Positions 49,616-64,000 of a stretch of 64,000 nucleotides of DNA are shown here, one piece after another. A program made the position numbers and the translations under genes. The notes beneath the pieces are model-generated. The model was given only the letters and a program-made list of their open reading frames with translations. It ran no database searches and was not told the origin of the DNA. Source of the DNA: Octopus sinensis (taxonomy: Eukaryota); assembly GCF_006345805.1 (NCBI RefSeq), contig NC_043001.1, forward strand, positions 117,986,001 to 118,050,000. Reading direction: 5' to 3'. Positions within the stretch are counted from its first letter, which is position 1. The number at the start of each line of letters is the position of its first letter.

Positions 49616-50883
49616 GACACTTTATAAAGTATTGGTCAACTTGAGACTATAGCAGAAGACACACAAGCAAAGTGGAGCACACTGAAACTGAACCCAGAAA
49701 CACATGGTTGCATGATGAAATTCTATATCACACAGCCATTCCTGCATCCATTTACCTGCTGATCCATGAACAGACTGCAAAAGTTTCAAAAGGTAAGCAC
49801 CAGAAAGGTTTTTATTCCATTCCTTACCAGTACAGTCCACCTACTTTTCTAAGCTTCAAACTTTAGCTGTTTCACTGAGCATGCTACATAGCTTTTACAG
49901 ATAACTATGATTATAAACTCTAGTCAGATAAGATTATGATGAGCACATAACCAAACACCAAATCATTACCAAAGTATGATGTTAATCCTAAATACTTCTT
50001 TCACTTCTTCAGGAATCTTTCATTTCATGAAGGCCAAATTATATCATACTGGTTCCTGTTAAACATTAAAGGCTATTAGGCTGTTTTTACCAAATGTTTG
50101 GATGCGGGAATGATTGAGTGTTTGAGAATGTTTTACAATTGGTTTCAATCCCACAATGCAACACTTCAAACAAGTGTCTTCTACTACAGCCTTGAGATGA
50201 CCAAAACCATATGAATAAAATTTGGTAGATGGAAGCAGTATGGAGGCCTATCAGGTGGACCATTCTTGTTTTAGGGTGACAGACAATTTCTAGCCTGATT
50301 TCCTACTGCCACCTGGATCTGACAGCACCTACAGTTGCAAGTATTTGGGCCAGATCCCTGGTCTAAGGATAACTTTTACCCTTCCTCTCCCCAATCACAG
50401 ATGCCCTCAAAAGGGTCTTGGATATTGCCGTTCTTCCTCTAACTATGCAATTAAAAAAATATTACAATTAGCACATCCTTTTTGTGAAGTTGACAAGTGC
50501 CAGCTGCCATTGTGAAATCTAGATAAATCTTATCCATTTTACTGCAGAAATCAGATATAGCCAATCAAAATTTCATTACCTTTAACTGTGGAAAGCAGTT
50601 TTATACACCAGTCTATGTTTTGTTGCAGAATGTGATGTTTGAAACTATTTTCTGTCAAGGTATGTCGAGTTTATTGAGGAAATATGACTTGCAGAAAATA
50701 CCAATTCTATTGTTTGTTATATTTTTAACATCATTACTGGAAATTCAGATGCCAGAGACCAAGCCATACTTTTCAAACATTAAAACTTACTTAACATCTT
50801 CAATATGTCATCCACATACAGCCTAATAATTATCTGAATACACTATAAAATGATTACAGAGTAGCAAGACCAAATCTACTTAC

Positions 50884-50959
50884 CTTTTTCAGGAAGTTGA
50901 ACTAAAAATAGTCTTTTGTGTTCTTTGGGTTTTGTTATGTGAGCTGGTACATAAGGATA
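50884..50959 (-). CDS. NUDT21: NUDT21/CPSF5 internal exon, 76 nt
   Basis: tttttag|YPYVPAHITKPKEHKRLFLVQLPEK|gtaagt; phase-compatible with both neighbouring exons. Confidence 0.95.
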
Positions 50960-51251
50960 CTAAAAACAGAAAAAATTAAACAAAATGTATCCTTCGTGGA
51001 TATTTCACAATATAAAGTTCAGGCTAACAATATTCTGTTTGTCAAAAACCTAAGATCAGAATTACAGCAATTAATTTCTTCTTAAATAAAAGCATTTATT
51101 ATTTCTTTAAAATAGCTACTTGATGGCTGGTCTCTTTTTTTCACTAATACAAACCACTACTAACAAGTTACTGTTTAGCCTCAAGTCAGGCCTGATTGTG
51201 CAGACTTTACAAAAAGGTTTCTAGCTGTAGCCATCCAATCTTTTTGTATAT

Positions 51252-51480
51252 TTAACCCTTTAGCATTTAAACTGGCCATATCCGGCCCAAAATATTCTGC
51301 CTGTTTTATGTTCAAACTGACCAGATCTGGTCTCTCACACCAACCCTACAATATCATCTTAAAAATTAACAGCTACCTCATCAAAATCTCATAGCTACAA
51401 GATAATGCATGATTAATTAAAAACAATGTGGATGAAGAAGCATTAATTTTGGCAGAATAATGTGAACACTAAAGGGTTAA
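51252..51480. mobile_element. TTAA-flanked piggyBac-like MITE (related element at about 53002-53230)
   Basis: TTAACCCTTTAG...CTAAAGGGTTAA termini. Confidence 0.7.
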
Positions 51481-52139
51481 GACTACAGTGTGCAATGACA
51501 ATAGGATATGATTTGAGGGGTATTTTGCTGGTGTTTCAAGTAGGTGAAGTAAACATGTAACACAGGCTAAATTTTTTTCAATGGCAACAACTAATTAGTT
51601 AAAACCATCAGTTTCTTACTGTATCTCTTTAATTAGTGCTTCTAGTCCCAATATCAGTATTACTGTAACTAATTTGAATACAATACAGAAAACAAAAGGC
51701 TTAATGTGCTTTGGGCACAGCCTTTGCTTACATTTGAAATGAACTGATGCTTGTTTGACAGCTATAGGATATAGTTTCTACATATTGCTCTTTTTATAGT
51801 TGGACTATAACACCTGCAGATGGGCAATCAAGAAGTACAAGCAACTGAATCAACCCCAGCTTATTACTGGCATTTAGTTTACCAACATAATGGGTATCAC
51901 AAGAGAATTCAAATTATATATATCATCATATATATATAAAAACACTATATGGTTTTTTACTCAACCAAACTTGTTTTAGCATGTTCATGAAACAATATCT
52001 TAACAGAAAATGAAAGAGCTGTTTTGTTCAACACCAAGAATAATAGTAAAAACTGTAGAAATTGAATGACGTTAAACGATGATGATGATGATGATGAGAA
52101 TTAAATTAAAATATGTCTTCTGAATAATCATGTGAACTA

Positions 52140-52304
<165 letters not shown>

Positions 52305-54295
52305 TCAGAAAAACATTTATTAAGAAGGCATAGCAAAAATAAAAGGACATTCAATATCAACATTACAGCAATATTTTACATGAAAAATATTTTCGTTTAT
52401 AATTATTTCAGCAAAATTTGATTGTAATCATTTGCAGTTTAGCTGGAATTCTGATAAATAAAAATTAAATAAAATATCTAATGGGGGACTAGAATATTAA
52501 AAAATATTAAAACAGAATGTTTTAACATTTTATTCTATAGAATATCTTCATATTATATGCAAATAACATATAATCACCATTTGTTTAAAAAAACTATATA
52601 AACTATGGAAACATAAATAAAATTAGATACAAAAATATAAAAATCAAAAGTATTCTGAGCTAAATACAACAAACCAAAATGATAAATGTAAATATATGAG
52701 TATTCTCATATGATTCATAAAGAATTTCCTTAAACTTCAAGAAAGCCTTGCTATTTAACACTTCCTTATTCAATGGCTGTGTGCTTAACAAGTCACTTTG
52801 CAACAATGTGGTTTAACTACTATGCAACATCTTTAGGCAAGTGCCTCCAATCAATAGATTTGGTCTGACCAAAGCCTAATTAGTGAAATTTGATAGATGG
52901 AAATTGTATGGAAGCCATTTGGAAGGATCATTCTCATTGTGAACGATAGATTTAATCAGTTACCTTGTTTAACACTATAACTACTTGACTTTTGAGTGCA
53001 ATTAACCTTTTCGGTACCAACCCAGCTGAAACCAGCTCTGGCCTTGTTTTCATAAGTTTTGAATTAAAATCCACCAAACCTTAGTCACAATTTATGTTTC
53101 TAACACCAGCTTAATGATAACTAAGTTATTTTACTAATTTCTTTGTTATATTTAAAATTAATTGAAAGAAACACAGAGCATCTCAAGATAAATACAGTAA
53201 CGAAAGGGTTAAGTGTTTACTCTGTAGCAAGCATTCAGGCTACATCTCTAGTTTGATGATAACTTTATTTCCTCTTACAAGTCTCAGGTCATGTGTGTTG
53301 CCCTTCATATTCTGATTAAACCATTAAAATTACAGAGAAAAACTAAAAACAAATTAGTTGAACTATGTCTGATAAGTATAATATTGTGTCCAAGTGAGTC
53401 TTGACTATGAATGTAGATCTGAAATACTTGTACAGTATTAGCTTAATGTAACATAACAGATGTGCAGGGCTGACCTTTGAAAATGGCATAGAATACTCTA
53501 AGAGAGCAACTAAGTTCTGAATGCATTGAGAGTTGTTTGCAGAGAGAGAGGGGAGAGAGAGAGAGAGATGTACAAGTTTTGATATGAGGTGTGAATGGAT
53601 GCAGCAAGCTAAATAAAAATGTTGGGTATGTTAGATATCATAGCAGAAGCAAACCAAAGGAGACACAGGGATGAGGAAGAAGTCAAGAGAGATCACCCCT
53701 AAAGTATTTTGTTTCACAGAAGAAAGAAGCCAAGAAAAAAGACATAAGAAATAAGATGCTGAATTAAAATCCCATCAAACCCACTCAGTATGGAAGACCA
53801 ATGTTGTGCGCGCGTGTGTGTGTGTGTGTGTGTTCGCATGGGTCAGACAAAATTTATGGAGACAGATTTACTAGGACTGGGTGTGCTTCCTGCCACCAAC
53901 CCTAACTTTCTTCTAAACAAGGTAACAATTGCCCTAATCCTTCAAACATGACCAGCTCAATAGATGGACATGTTTCCACTATTTTTGTATGAAGGTGACT
54001 ATTTACACTCAGTAAGCAAGTGTCAAGGTCAAGAAAAGGAGACACAACCACACACATACACACAACAGACTTGTTAAAGTTTCCATCTACCAAATCCACT
54101 CCCAATTCATTTGGTCAGCCCAGGACTATAATAAAAGACACCCAAAACACAATGCAATGGAACTGAACTCAAAGCCATGTGGTTGTGAAGCAAACGTTTT
54201 AACTCTACCTGCACAATCATGTTTGCACTTGTGTGTGTATGCATTTATATATCTATATATATATATGTGTGTATGTATATATATATATATATATA

Positions 54296-54752
54296 TTTTC
54301 ACCTATCACGGAGGGTTTTGGAATGTAACACCCATGATAGTTGAGGGATTACTGTATGTATATATATATATATATATATATATTTATAAAGTTAATCCAA
54401 ACAAGAAAGCACAAAAAAAAAACAACAGCGCGAGGACATGGAACAAATATAGTATTATTGGACGCTCAGGAAAGAAGGAAGGAAGGTTTAACGTTTCGAG
54501 CGGAGCTCTTCGTCGGAAATATAGGAGAAGGGAAGACAGAGGAAATCCCTCAACTATCATGGGTGTTACATTCCAAAACCCTCCGCGATAGGTGAAAATC
54601 CGCAAAGTAGAAACAGTACTGTATATTTTAATTATTTCAATTTGTATATATTTATTTTATTCTAAATGCAAAACAACACCGTGGAGGAATCAATGTAAGC
54701 TTAAATAATAAACCGCGATAGGGGAACCACAATATGGCAAGGGATTACTGTA
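54296..54752. mobile_element. Rearranged pogo/Tigger-type MITE with an inverted duplicate of its left end and an inserted Penelope-tail-like fragment
   Basis: 54296-54354 is the reverse complement of 54546-54600; both outer pieces end GGGATTACTGTA. Confidence 0.6.
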
Positions 54753-55553
54753 TGAGGGTGAGGTGTGAATATACGTTATAACTTTGTCATTTCTATGTTC
54801 ACTTTTAACACACTAGCATGGATTCAGAAATTAAATGAGAGATTTGTTGAGGCAGTTTCTATGACAGAATACCTTTCATGTCACCAACTCTTACTTGTTT
54901 CCAAGTAAGATATTATTTTCCTGTCCTTTGCACAACCAAGCACTGAAAACCCGAACATGATTTTATTGCAAGCTGCATTAATGGTGACACATCACACTAA
55001 GAATGTAAACAATATATGATACAAATGAGACAACACAAACACACATGGTGACTGCCACTTCTTTACAGAAGGCCACCTCTTCAATTAGTAAATGCCATCA
55101 TGAGATCTCATATGAGTAGCAAGTCCAACTTTATGCAAACAGACCCTAATATAGATGTTACAAACATTTTCAGGCAGGAAGGTGTCTGGGATTGAAGTCA
55201 AGTCCTGTTTATGAAATGTTTGCTTCAAAGAGGTAGCATTCAATTCTTCAGATTTCAAATGCTTTACAACCATTATAGATCACTTCGGCATTTCTAAACC
55301 AATTGATCTTTCCATCATCTGCTCCCAGTCTTTAACATCCACATTAAGAGTCATACGAACATACAAATACAGATAACAGGCTTCTGCCTAATCTCTGCCT
55401 ACCATTTACAATTACAATGCAATGGTCAGCTTAAGGCTACAAAAGATACTTGCACACAGTGCTACACATGGAGAATGATTCTGTAATCACATGGCTTCAA
55501 AATGAACTTCTTAACAAAATGATCATGAGACTGTGTGTGTGTGTGTGTGTGTG

Positions 55554-55585
<32 letters not shown>

Positions 55586-56388
55586 GCGCATGCGTGGTAT
55601 ACACCATCCAGCAAAGCAGGCTCACTTCATTTCTTTCTACTCACAGTATTCATTCTCTGCTCTTCCATCATCTCCATGATACTTTCCTACCTAACTTTCA
55701 CTACATCCATCTACTGCACACCTAGCCATCCTCCACTTTCTCTCAATAACCCAGACATGCAGCATCTCTGCTGCCTCAACACCGTTTCATCTCCCTCTCT
55801 CTGCCTACCTTCATCTTTAGCACCCTTCAGCTCACTGATCTTCTACTTACAGGTTCTCCAGCTTCTCACCACCCTCATCTGTATCCTTTTCATGCTTCCC
55901 TCCACCCACTCCACCTGTTTATATTCTCCTTAATACCAAGGGATAGCACTGGACCCTGCTATTCAATCCACTCCCACTCACACCAATAACTTCTTTCAAC
56001 ACCTTTCCCAGATGTCACACTCCTTTTCTCCCCCATCAGCTGTGGGCCTCTGCAGTGTTGGTGCCACAAAATAACACCCAGTCTACTTACTCTACCAAGT
56101 GATTAGGGAGTGAAGCAGAGACAATGCAACAGTGAAAGGATTCTTCAGCCTTGTCAAGCAAGGACTCACTGGTGCTACAAAGAATACATGCAGTAAAGTG
56201 GCTAATGTTAGAGCATCAAGCCATAGAAACCATACTGACACAGACATTCAAGCAAAATGTCATCCTGGCTCACAAATCCTGTCAAATTATCCAACCCATG
56301 CCAGCATGGAAAGTGGAAGTGAAATGATGTCATGAAAAGTTTACTTAAAAGCTACAAGCTAATCTATACAAAATTATTAGGGCTTTGT

Positions 56389-56912
56389 TTCTGCTTGTCT
56401 TCACCTCTTTTTGTACTGTCAGTCATTACTACTCTACTCCCAACTCATATATCATTAGTCACCCTCTTCACTTATGTCCACCACAGATTACTACCACTCA
56501 TCAACCCTACACAATCTTTACAGTCAGTGTATATGATGTATAACTCTGCGTGTGTGTTTGTATGAAAAGACTTGAGAATAGTTAAATTTTCAAATACAAT
56601 TCTTCTACAATAAATTAGTTATAATTATCAAAAGATGTAACTGCCATCAGATTACTAAAGATAAAATGACCATTAGCAAACATCAAGTAGCAAGTTAATT
56701 TTAAAGCGCATCAAATAAGTGTCCACCATCAAGAACAACTAACAAGTAAAAGCTGGTACATGTTGTCGTGAGTATTGGCATTGGTAATTTATTTATGCCT
56801 GATTTTACGATCCAAGGACTGTGTTCTGTCCAAAAACCAAGATTTCAGACAATAAAACTCTGGTTATATAACTGCTACATGCTTCCCATTTTTAAGAATC
56901 ATCATTTGGCAT
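56389..56912 (+). repeat. About 524-bp direct duplication (partner 58068-58590)
   Basis: Near-identical; I saw a 1-bp indel and a few substitutions. Confidence 0.9.
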
Positions 56913-56919
56913 GTGTATG

Positions 56920-56950
<31 letters not shown>

Positions 56951-59308
56951 CATTTTATCAATCAGACTATCAGATGTTATACAGCACAGGTCAGAAATGT
57001 GCTTCATATTGTTGCAGCTTTCAAATTATGCCATCCTGCTAGCAAGGTAGGCAGGTCAACATTCCCCCTGAACAGAGCACCAGTTCATTTACAGGGTTAC
57101 CTATTTACAGCTGAGTGGTCAGGAGCAACAGGAAATGAAGTGTTTTGCTCAAGAACACAATGCACCACTGGCCTGAGAAGGAAAATCATGATGTTGTGAT
57201 CACAGTGCAACCTCACTAGCCACGAGACTTTGTGTGATTACACGCACACACGTGTGTGTGTGTGTGTTGCATGCCATGCACATGGGTGCAGTTCTGCATG
57301 CATGTGTAGGGACACGCATACAAATGCGTAAATCAAATTTTTTTAAAATTATTATGTATTACCATTTGTGAACAATAATATCAATTCTTATAAGTTTGCA
57401 ATAGTTCTGCCAATGGTTTGCTATCGTGAAGTGATAAAGAAGTGTCTATAACTCAATAAAGAACAAATATTTCTCGAGTCTTTACTCATGAAGCTCTAGT
57501 TTTTCAGGTTCCCCAGCTATGTTTATATATTTTTTTGTAAACAAGAGACATCAATGAAACTCAAACAGCCACACATGACAGACTTACACAGTTTTTGTCT
57601 GCCAAATTCCCTTCAGAAGCCATTAATCAACTAGAGACTATAATAGAAGAAACTTGTCCAAGATACTACACACTGAAATTGAATCCAGAACCTTGTAAGA
57701 AAGAAAGCTTTTTACCATATAGCCATCCATAGTAGCCTTGAGTATCTTACATACACAAACACTTATCTTATATATCCAAACTCGCATCTCTATCCATATA
57801 TTACTGGCAGCGTAATCGTCATTATCACCATTCTTGTTTTCATGTCATTTTTTCCCCCATGCTGGCATAAGTTATATCAAACCTAGTCAGACAGATTTGT
57901 TAACTGGAGACAGTATATGAATCCAGTTTTTCATTCAAAGAGTACTAATGATGACATGCCGAATTGATATTTACATCCAAACAAGAAAAAAAGTGGAATC
58001 CATCCATCCACTAATCTTATCCCTTTTCCTCATCCTTCCCTTATCTACTGTATTATTATTATTACTATTCTGCTTGTCTTCACCTCTTTTAGTACTGTCA
58101 GTCATTACTACTCTACTCCCAACTCATATATCATTAGTCACCCTCTTCACTTATGTCCACCACAGATTACTACCACTCATCAACCCTACATAATCTTTAC
58201 AGTCAGTGTATATGATGTATAACTCTGCGTGTGTGTTTGTATGAAAAGACTTGAGAATAGTTAAATTTTCAAGTACAATTCTTCTACAATAAATTAGTTA
58301 TAATTATCAAAAGATGTAACTGCCATCAGATTACTAAAGATAAAATGACCATTAGCAAACATCAAGTAGCAAGTTAATTTTAAAGCGCATCAAATAAGTG
58401 TCCACCATCAAGAACAACTAACAAGTAAAAGCTGGTACATGTTGTCGTGAGTATTGGCATTGTAATTTATTTATGCCTGATTTTACGATCCAAGGACTGT
58501 GTTCTGTCCAAAAACCAAGATTTCAGACAATAAAACTCTGGTTATATAACTGCTACATGCTTCCCATTTTTAAGAATCATCATTTGGCATTACATGACAG
58601 TCACATGATATACAAAAGTTCTATGTAGAATAAAATGTCAATGAAATATTTTCTCAGGAGAACAAGTGATTTCCTACATGCATAAATCCTTACATTAGAA
58701 GAAAAAGCAAATGTATAATGAAAGAACAATCCATTTCCTGACCAGATCATAAACCACGAAATTTTCATGTAATACAAATAAAATATTACCAATTTCCTAA
58801 ATTGCTACTCATTCTGAGAAAAGTATTATGCAATGTAGCTGAAGATAAATTACTTTAGAGCCGTTCATTAATATCAGGTTAAACAACATCAGTCACAAGA
58901 ACTACCATGAAATTACACAGTAAAAGGTCAAAATAGTTAAACTTTCTAACTAATATGTAATTTTGAGTCTAGAAAAAGCCACCAAGCCTAATTCTTTTTG
59001 AACTTTGAAAAACTTTTCATTCAAAAAGAAGTGGAAATGTAATTAATCTATAAAATAAAACTTGAGAAATTAGGTTTTATAAAATATAATATATATATGA
59101 GGGGGGGGTGCTATATGTATGTAACTGTGTACATGTGTGTATATGTAGATATGTATGTATATACATATATGTATTTATAAACACATGTATCTACATACAT
59201 ACATACATATATATCATCATCATTAAAGCAGACTAATTATGAATAGTGGTTTGGCCTTGATAACGAGGTTGTAGTCCTGACACACACACACCACACACAC
59301 ACACACAC

Positions 59309-59707
59309 ATGTACCTTTTTTCTGTAAACTGCTGAAAATGACATCACTTTGAATATGTATTCCCACTCTGAGTGAAATGATGAGAGGATTTAACGAAATA
59401 TTTTATACCTTGGATGTATGATAATTATAACACAGCATTTACAGGTGTAAAAATGTGTCAAAATAATTGCAGTGGTTTAAATAAAGAATGCCATTCATCC
59501 TATTTTCTACCATTCATCTATTTATATAACACACACATATAATTATATGTATGTGTATATATATATAGCTATATATGCATATATATATAACTGTATGTAT
59601 GTATATATATTCATATATATATATATATATTCATATATATATATATACATATATTCATTGTCTGTGTGTGTATATATCATTATATATACACACACACATT
59701 TCGCTAT

Positions 59708-59738
<31 letters not shown>

Positions 59739-60137
59739 CCTTTTTTCTGTAAACTGCTGAAAATGACATCACTTTGAATATGTATTCCCACTCTGAGTGA
59801 AATGATGAGAGGATTTAACGAAATATTTTATACCTTGGATGTATGATAATTATAACACAGCATTTACAGGTGTAAAAATGTGTCAAAATAATTGCAGTGA
59901 TTTAAATAAAGAATGCCATTCATCCTATTTTCTACCATTCATCTATTATATAACACACACATATAATTATATGTATGTGTATATATATATAGCTATATGC
60001 ATATATATATATATAACTGTATGTATGTATATATATTCATATATATATATATATATATTCATATATATATATATATACATATATTCATTGTCTGTGTGTG
60101 TATATATCATTATATATACACACACACATTTCGCTAT

Positions 60138-60160
<23 letters not shown>
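59309..60160 (+). repeat. 425-bp tandem duplication bounded by (CA)n tracts
   Basis: ATGTACCTTTTTTCTGTAAACTGC at 59309 and 59734. Confidence 0.9.
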
Positions 60161-60173
<13 letters not shown>

Positions 60174-61416
60174 GTTCTTTTAGATATGTGAGACAACCGA
60201 AACTACAAGTATTTGATTTCCAAGGGTAATTAAATAAAAAAAGAAAAGTGAAGATTAAATCAAATTTTTAAACATTTGAATTCAACTCAATTAAAATATG
60301 TTTGCCAAATTAAAAAAAAAAAAAAAAAAAGAGTATAAAAAAAAATTAATCCACATTTAGGAAAGGAATGTATCTTTTCTTTTATAGTGTTCTTATCATT
60401 TGTGGTCATGCTGGAGCACAATGTTTTCCAAGCAGAAAATCATTTCTAAACTAAAGCATAATGATGCAAATTTGAAAGAGAAGGAAAAGGGAAGCAGAGA
60501 GATTGTGTGACATTAATGCCAATCTGAATGGCATCAGGGGAAGTAAACTGACTTTAACTGAGTATCAAAATAGATTTCACTCAACATCAGCTTACTTCTT
60601 GATCTATGCCACTAGTTTCATTAGTTAAACTGTCACCAAGACAAAGGAATAGAGAAGAAAGATGTTATAAAGTTTTGCTTTAGTTTTTAACTCATCAACA
60701 ATTTTCACCAGGTTTTAAGATCAAAGATTTTGAAATTAGTAGTGGAATGTGTAAATAAAAAAGAAAACAGGGGAGGAATTAACAGCTATTAAGTGTGAAT
60801 TCTTCTAAGTTTTCAAAATAAATATCTTTCAAAAATCATTAATTCCCTGTTCTAAACAAATAAGTGTATAAGTGATCTGTGCATGCATGTGTGTGCATAT
60901 ATAAACACACATAAATGTGAAAAAAAAGGTATGTGTGTGTATAAGTATATATGTGTATAGGTGTAACTGATTTAATACCTATTATTTTTATTGGTATGAT
61001 TTTAGCAAGTTTGGAATAACTTCCACAGACTCAGGAATAGCTCTGTGGTTAAGACATTTGAGTCACGGCCTCATGAATCAGAATATGACTCCTTTGCACA
61101 GCACCTTGGACAAGGATAATCTAATTAGCCTTGGGTTGACCAATGCTTTCTGACTGGAATTTAGTATATGTTAACTGTGAAGTTAGTCACACACACTATA
61201 TATATATAACAGGCTTCTTTCAGTTTCTGTCAACCAAATCCACTCAGAAGATTTTGGATGTCCCAGATCTATGGCAGAAGACGCATGCCAAAGGTGCCTT
61301 GCATGGGACTGAACCCAGTCACATGGTTGAGAAGCTAACATCTTGCCACACACCCACGCCTGCAACTCTCTCTCCTTATATATATATCATCATCATCATC
61401 GTTTAACGTCCGTTCT

Positions 61417-61452
<36 letters not shown>

Positions 61453-61577
61453 GGGGGTGGGTATACCCTACACACACACACACAATTGGCTGAAGCTATT
61501 AATAACTTTCTCTTCTGCCACCCTCTTACACTGATTTTCTTGCATCTCTCTCTCTCTCTATCTATCTCTCTCTCTCT

Positions 61578-61624
<47 letters not shown>

Positions 61625-62571
61625 ACCAGGGATAAAACTTCCTCTGGTGCTGGTGAACAAACAAACAAACAAGACAATGCTGAGTCAAGAGGACATTTTC
61701 AGCCATATTGAGCAACCCTTCTGGTGCTGGTGCATAATAATAAAATGCCCAAGCTGCAGCATGTAAAACTGTTGGTACATAAACAGAGATAACTGTTTAG
61801 TCTTACCAGGATTATGAAAGCTTCTCTAGAGCAAGTGCCACAATAAGATGTACCCAATAGGTTGTAAAGTAACAAGAAGGGCATTGAGCTGAAGAAACCA
61901 TGCCAAAAATGCACATACAAGGCATGATCTCCAACCCATCGAAGAAGGTTTTAACTCCAAAATAAAATTACTGAATCTGTGATGATACAGCCAACCCATG
62001 TCAGCATAGAAAAGTAGATGTAAAATGATGACGATGATAAGATGTGTATGTGCGTGCGTGTAACTTTTTTTCACGTATTAACAAAAATGTAAACATTGGA
62101 AGGGAAACAGAAAAACTAATGTTTTCAAATGAAAATATCTTGTATGGCATTTGTTCGATCTGAGTTGCCATCAGGTAATGAACAAGTAACCAATGACATT
62201 ATTCCTCAGCAACTGTAACATTAAATGATGGAAGATCAGTTACAGTAGCAGATTAGACTATGTTTCAAGGTACGTTGTTTTACTGCTATTTCTTCATCTA
62301 GATGTGTGTGTGTGTGTGTGTGTGTATAAAACAAAATAATTTTAACATCAATTTGAAGCCAACGGCATAAACAGTTTGAAAAGCAACAACATTCTGAACA
62401 CGTGTGCGTGTGCATGCATGCACACGCACATGCTTTTTAACTCATGAGTGAGAATGTCAGCCAACATTAATAGCTGGATGCACAAAACTCATAGATACGA
62501 GTATGGAATCCAGATAATCTCACACACGCAATTGAACTGATTGAACAAAATTATATAAATATACATATACA

Positions 62572-63810
62572 CAGGGTGTTCCAAAAAAATGTATACTCAA
62601 ATTCAACAATTATAAAGTCAGCATTTATTAAAATAAATTTCATTTGCAAAATTTTGACTTAATTTACAGACAGAATTTAATTTTTATCAACATTTGTTTT
62701 CAAACTGATGCGTATCCTGGTTCGGGTCCTGCTGATAATGCAAAGCAATGGAATCACAAACGTCAACAAACAGTTCATCCTGTATCTCGTCACACTCTTT
62801 CAATGGCTGCCTTCAATTCATTGTCACCAGTTTTGTACTGTAAACTTTATCTTCCAAGTATCCCCATAAAAACGTCTAGTAGTGTGCAATCCAGTGAACG
62901 TACAGGGTATTTTACTGAACCTCTTCATCCAATCTACCTGTTTGACAAGGTAAGTCCTTTCATTATTCTGGTAGAGTGGGGGGCTGCTCCATCTTGTTGG
63001 AAATAAAACACCATGTCTTCGTGTCCTCTTGAATGTGTAGCATGGTAGATTGTCACAGCATGTTCAACTAAATGGGAACAGTCAGAGTACTGCCAAAAAA
63101 GAATGGTCCAATTAATCCTTTTGATAATAAGTCGCATCATATTGTAACTCCTGGTAAATTAGCATGAAATTCCTCTGTAATATGCAGCTTCCAAGGTCTC
63201 CAGTAAATGCAACTGTGGTATTAAATTGAATCATTTAATTCAACTGTAATTCATCACTCCAAACAATCTTTGTTGGAAAGCGTGCCTCTTATACATCTTG
63301 CCAAATACCACATGCAAAAGCCCACTCTTCGGTCGGCACCAGCTTCACTGAGAGCATCGACTATTCTTAGAATATAACTTTTTCAATGATAGCACTCCAA
63401 AATGCAACAGATGCTTAATTTTAAAATTCCTATCTCAGAACCCACTTGTCATACAGATTTTCTTGAACTATAGCAATATGGTTCTAGTACCTTTTCTTGT
63501 TTTGTGGGGATTGTCGATGTAGGTGCACTTCTGGAATGTTTTCTGCAGACATTCTGAACAGTTCTATCTGCTTCAAACTTATCTCTAATTCAAATGATAT
63601 TAAATTGCAGTGGGTTTGCTTGAAACTTCCAACCAAATTCTCTTTGCACTCCAACTATATTTTCAAACTTCCAGTAGCATTTTAGGATAATTTTCCTTTG
63701 TTCAAAGCTTAATCAGGCTTTCTTCATTATTTCTAATGAGGTAAATCTAAAAAGAAATCAAAATTGAGTTATCAGCTGTTAAGTGTGTATACATTTTTTG
63801 GGATCCCCTG
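62572..63810 (-). mobile_element. Degenerate Tc1/mariner-superfamily element with both TIRs
   Basis: TIRs CAGGGTGTTCCAAAAAAATGTATAC (left) and CAGGGGATCCCAAAAAATGTATAC (right, reverse complement). Minus-strand remnants LSFEQRKIILKCYWKFENIV.VQREF and FYFQQDGAAPHS. Confidence 0.85.
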
Positions 63811-64000
63811 TATATATTAAACTTTTGATTCAAAAGAAAGAAAATAAAAAAAGTTTCAAAAAATTAAAAAGAAAGGAAATGCAATTTTGCACTACTTGAG
63901 TGAAAAATAATTTTCAGTAAATTTAGTCACAAAGAAAAATATAGCTATTTATAAAGCCAATATAAATTGAAGTAATATTGACGACAGTGTTTGAAGTCAG

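Noticed and set aside
59543-60191. Many 60-140 aa ORFs rich in Y/I/C/V/H/T (also 14577-14939, 55450-55933)
   Set aside because: Translations of (TA)n and (CA)n microsatellites.
60690-60725. Minus-strand KPGE resembling the NUDT21 exon encoding PGGEL.PGE
   Set aside because: Followed by stop codons and lacks an acceptor; the upstream NUDT21 exons are probably beyond the window.

Overview
AT-rich, repeat-dense eukaryotic genomic DNA with many (TA)n/(CA)n/(GA)n tracts. The SINE, RTE-tail, Helitron and Penelope repeats resemble those I associate with octopus genomes, so the taxon is an inference. The bacterial-style ORF track is mostly noise. There are two host-gene components. (1) Bases 1-20 kb hold a tandem cluster of three single-coding-exon genes on the + strand (ATG at 67, 3595, 16300). 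Each encodes an N-terminal domain with IRYTQDSI and SVDNRRL motifs (ParB/sulfiredoxin-fold-like by inference), a variable 8-aa TxYEESPR repeat and a C-terminal CaaX box (CVIL). Copies A and C have identical coding sequence. Copy B differs from them by 25 non-synonymous versus 1 synonymous change outside the repeat block, while its upstream flank is about 99.4% identical to that of C. The cluster is interleaved with two Helitrons, a 5'-truncated Penelope-like element carrying a six-fold CCAAT-N12-CRE promoter, MITEs, SINEs and a satellite. (2) Three internal exons of NUDT21/CPSF5 (CFIm25) lie on the - strand at 48.6-52.3 kb; I could not locate its first exons or its terminal exon. The rest is transposon debris (mariner, Tigger split by an RTE LINE, Tc1-like, LINE fragments) and local duplications. 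I found no rRNA, tRNA gene or CRISPR array.
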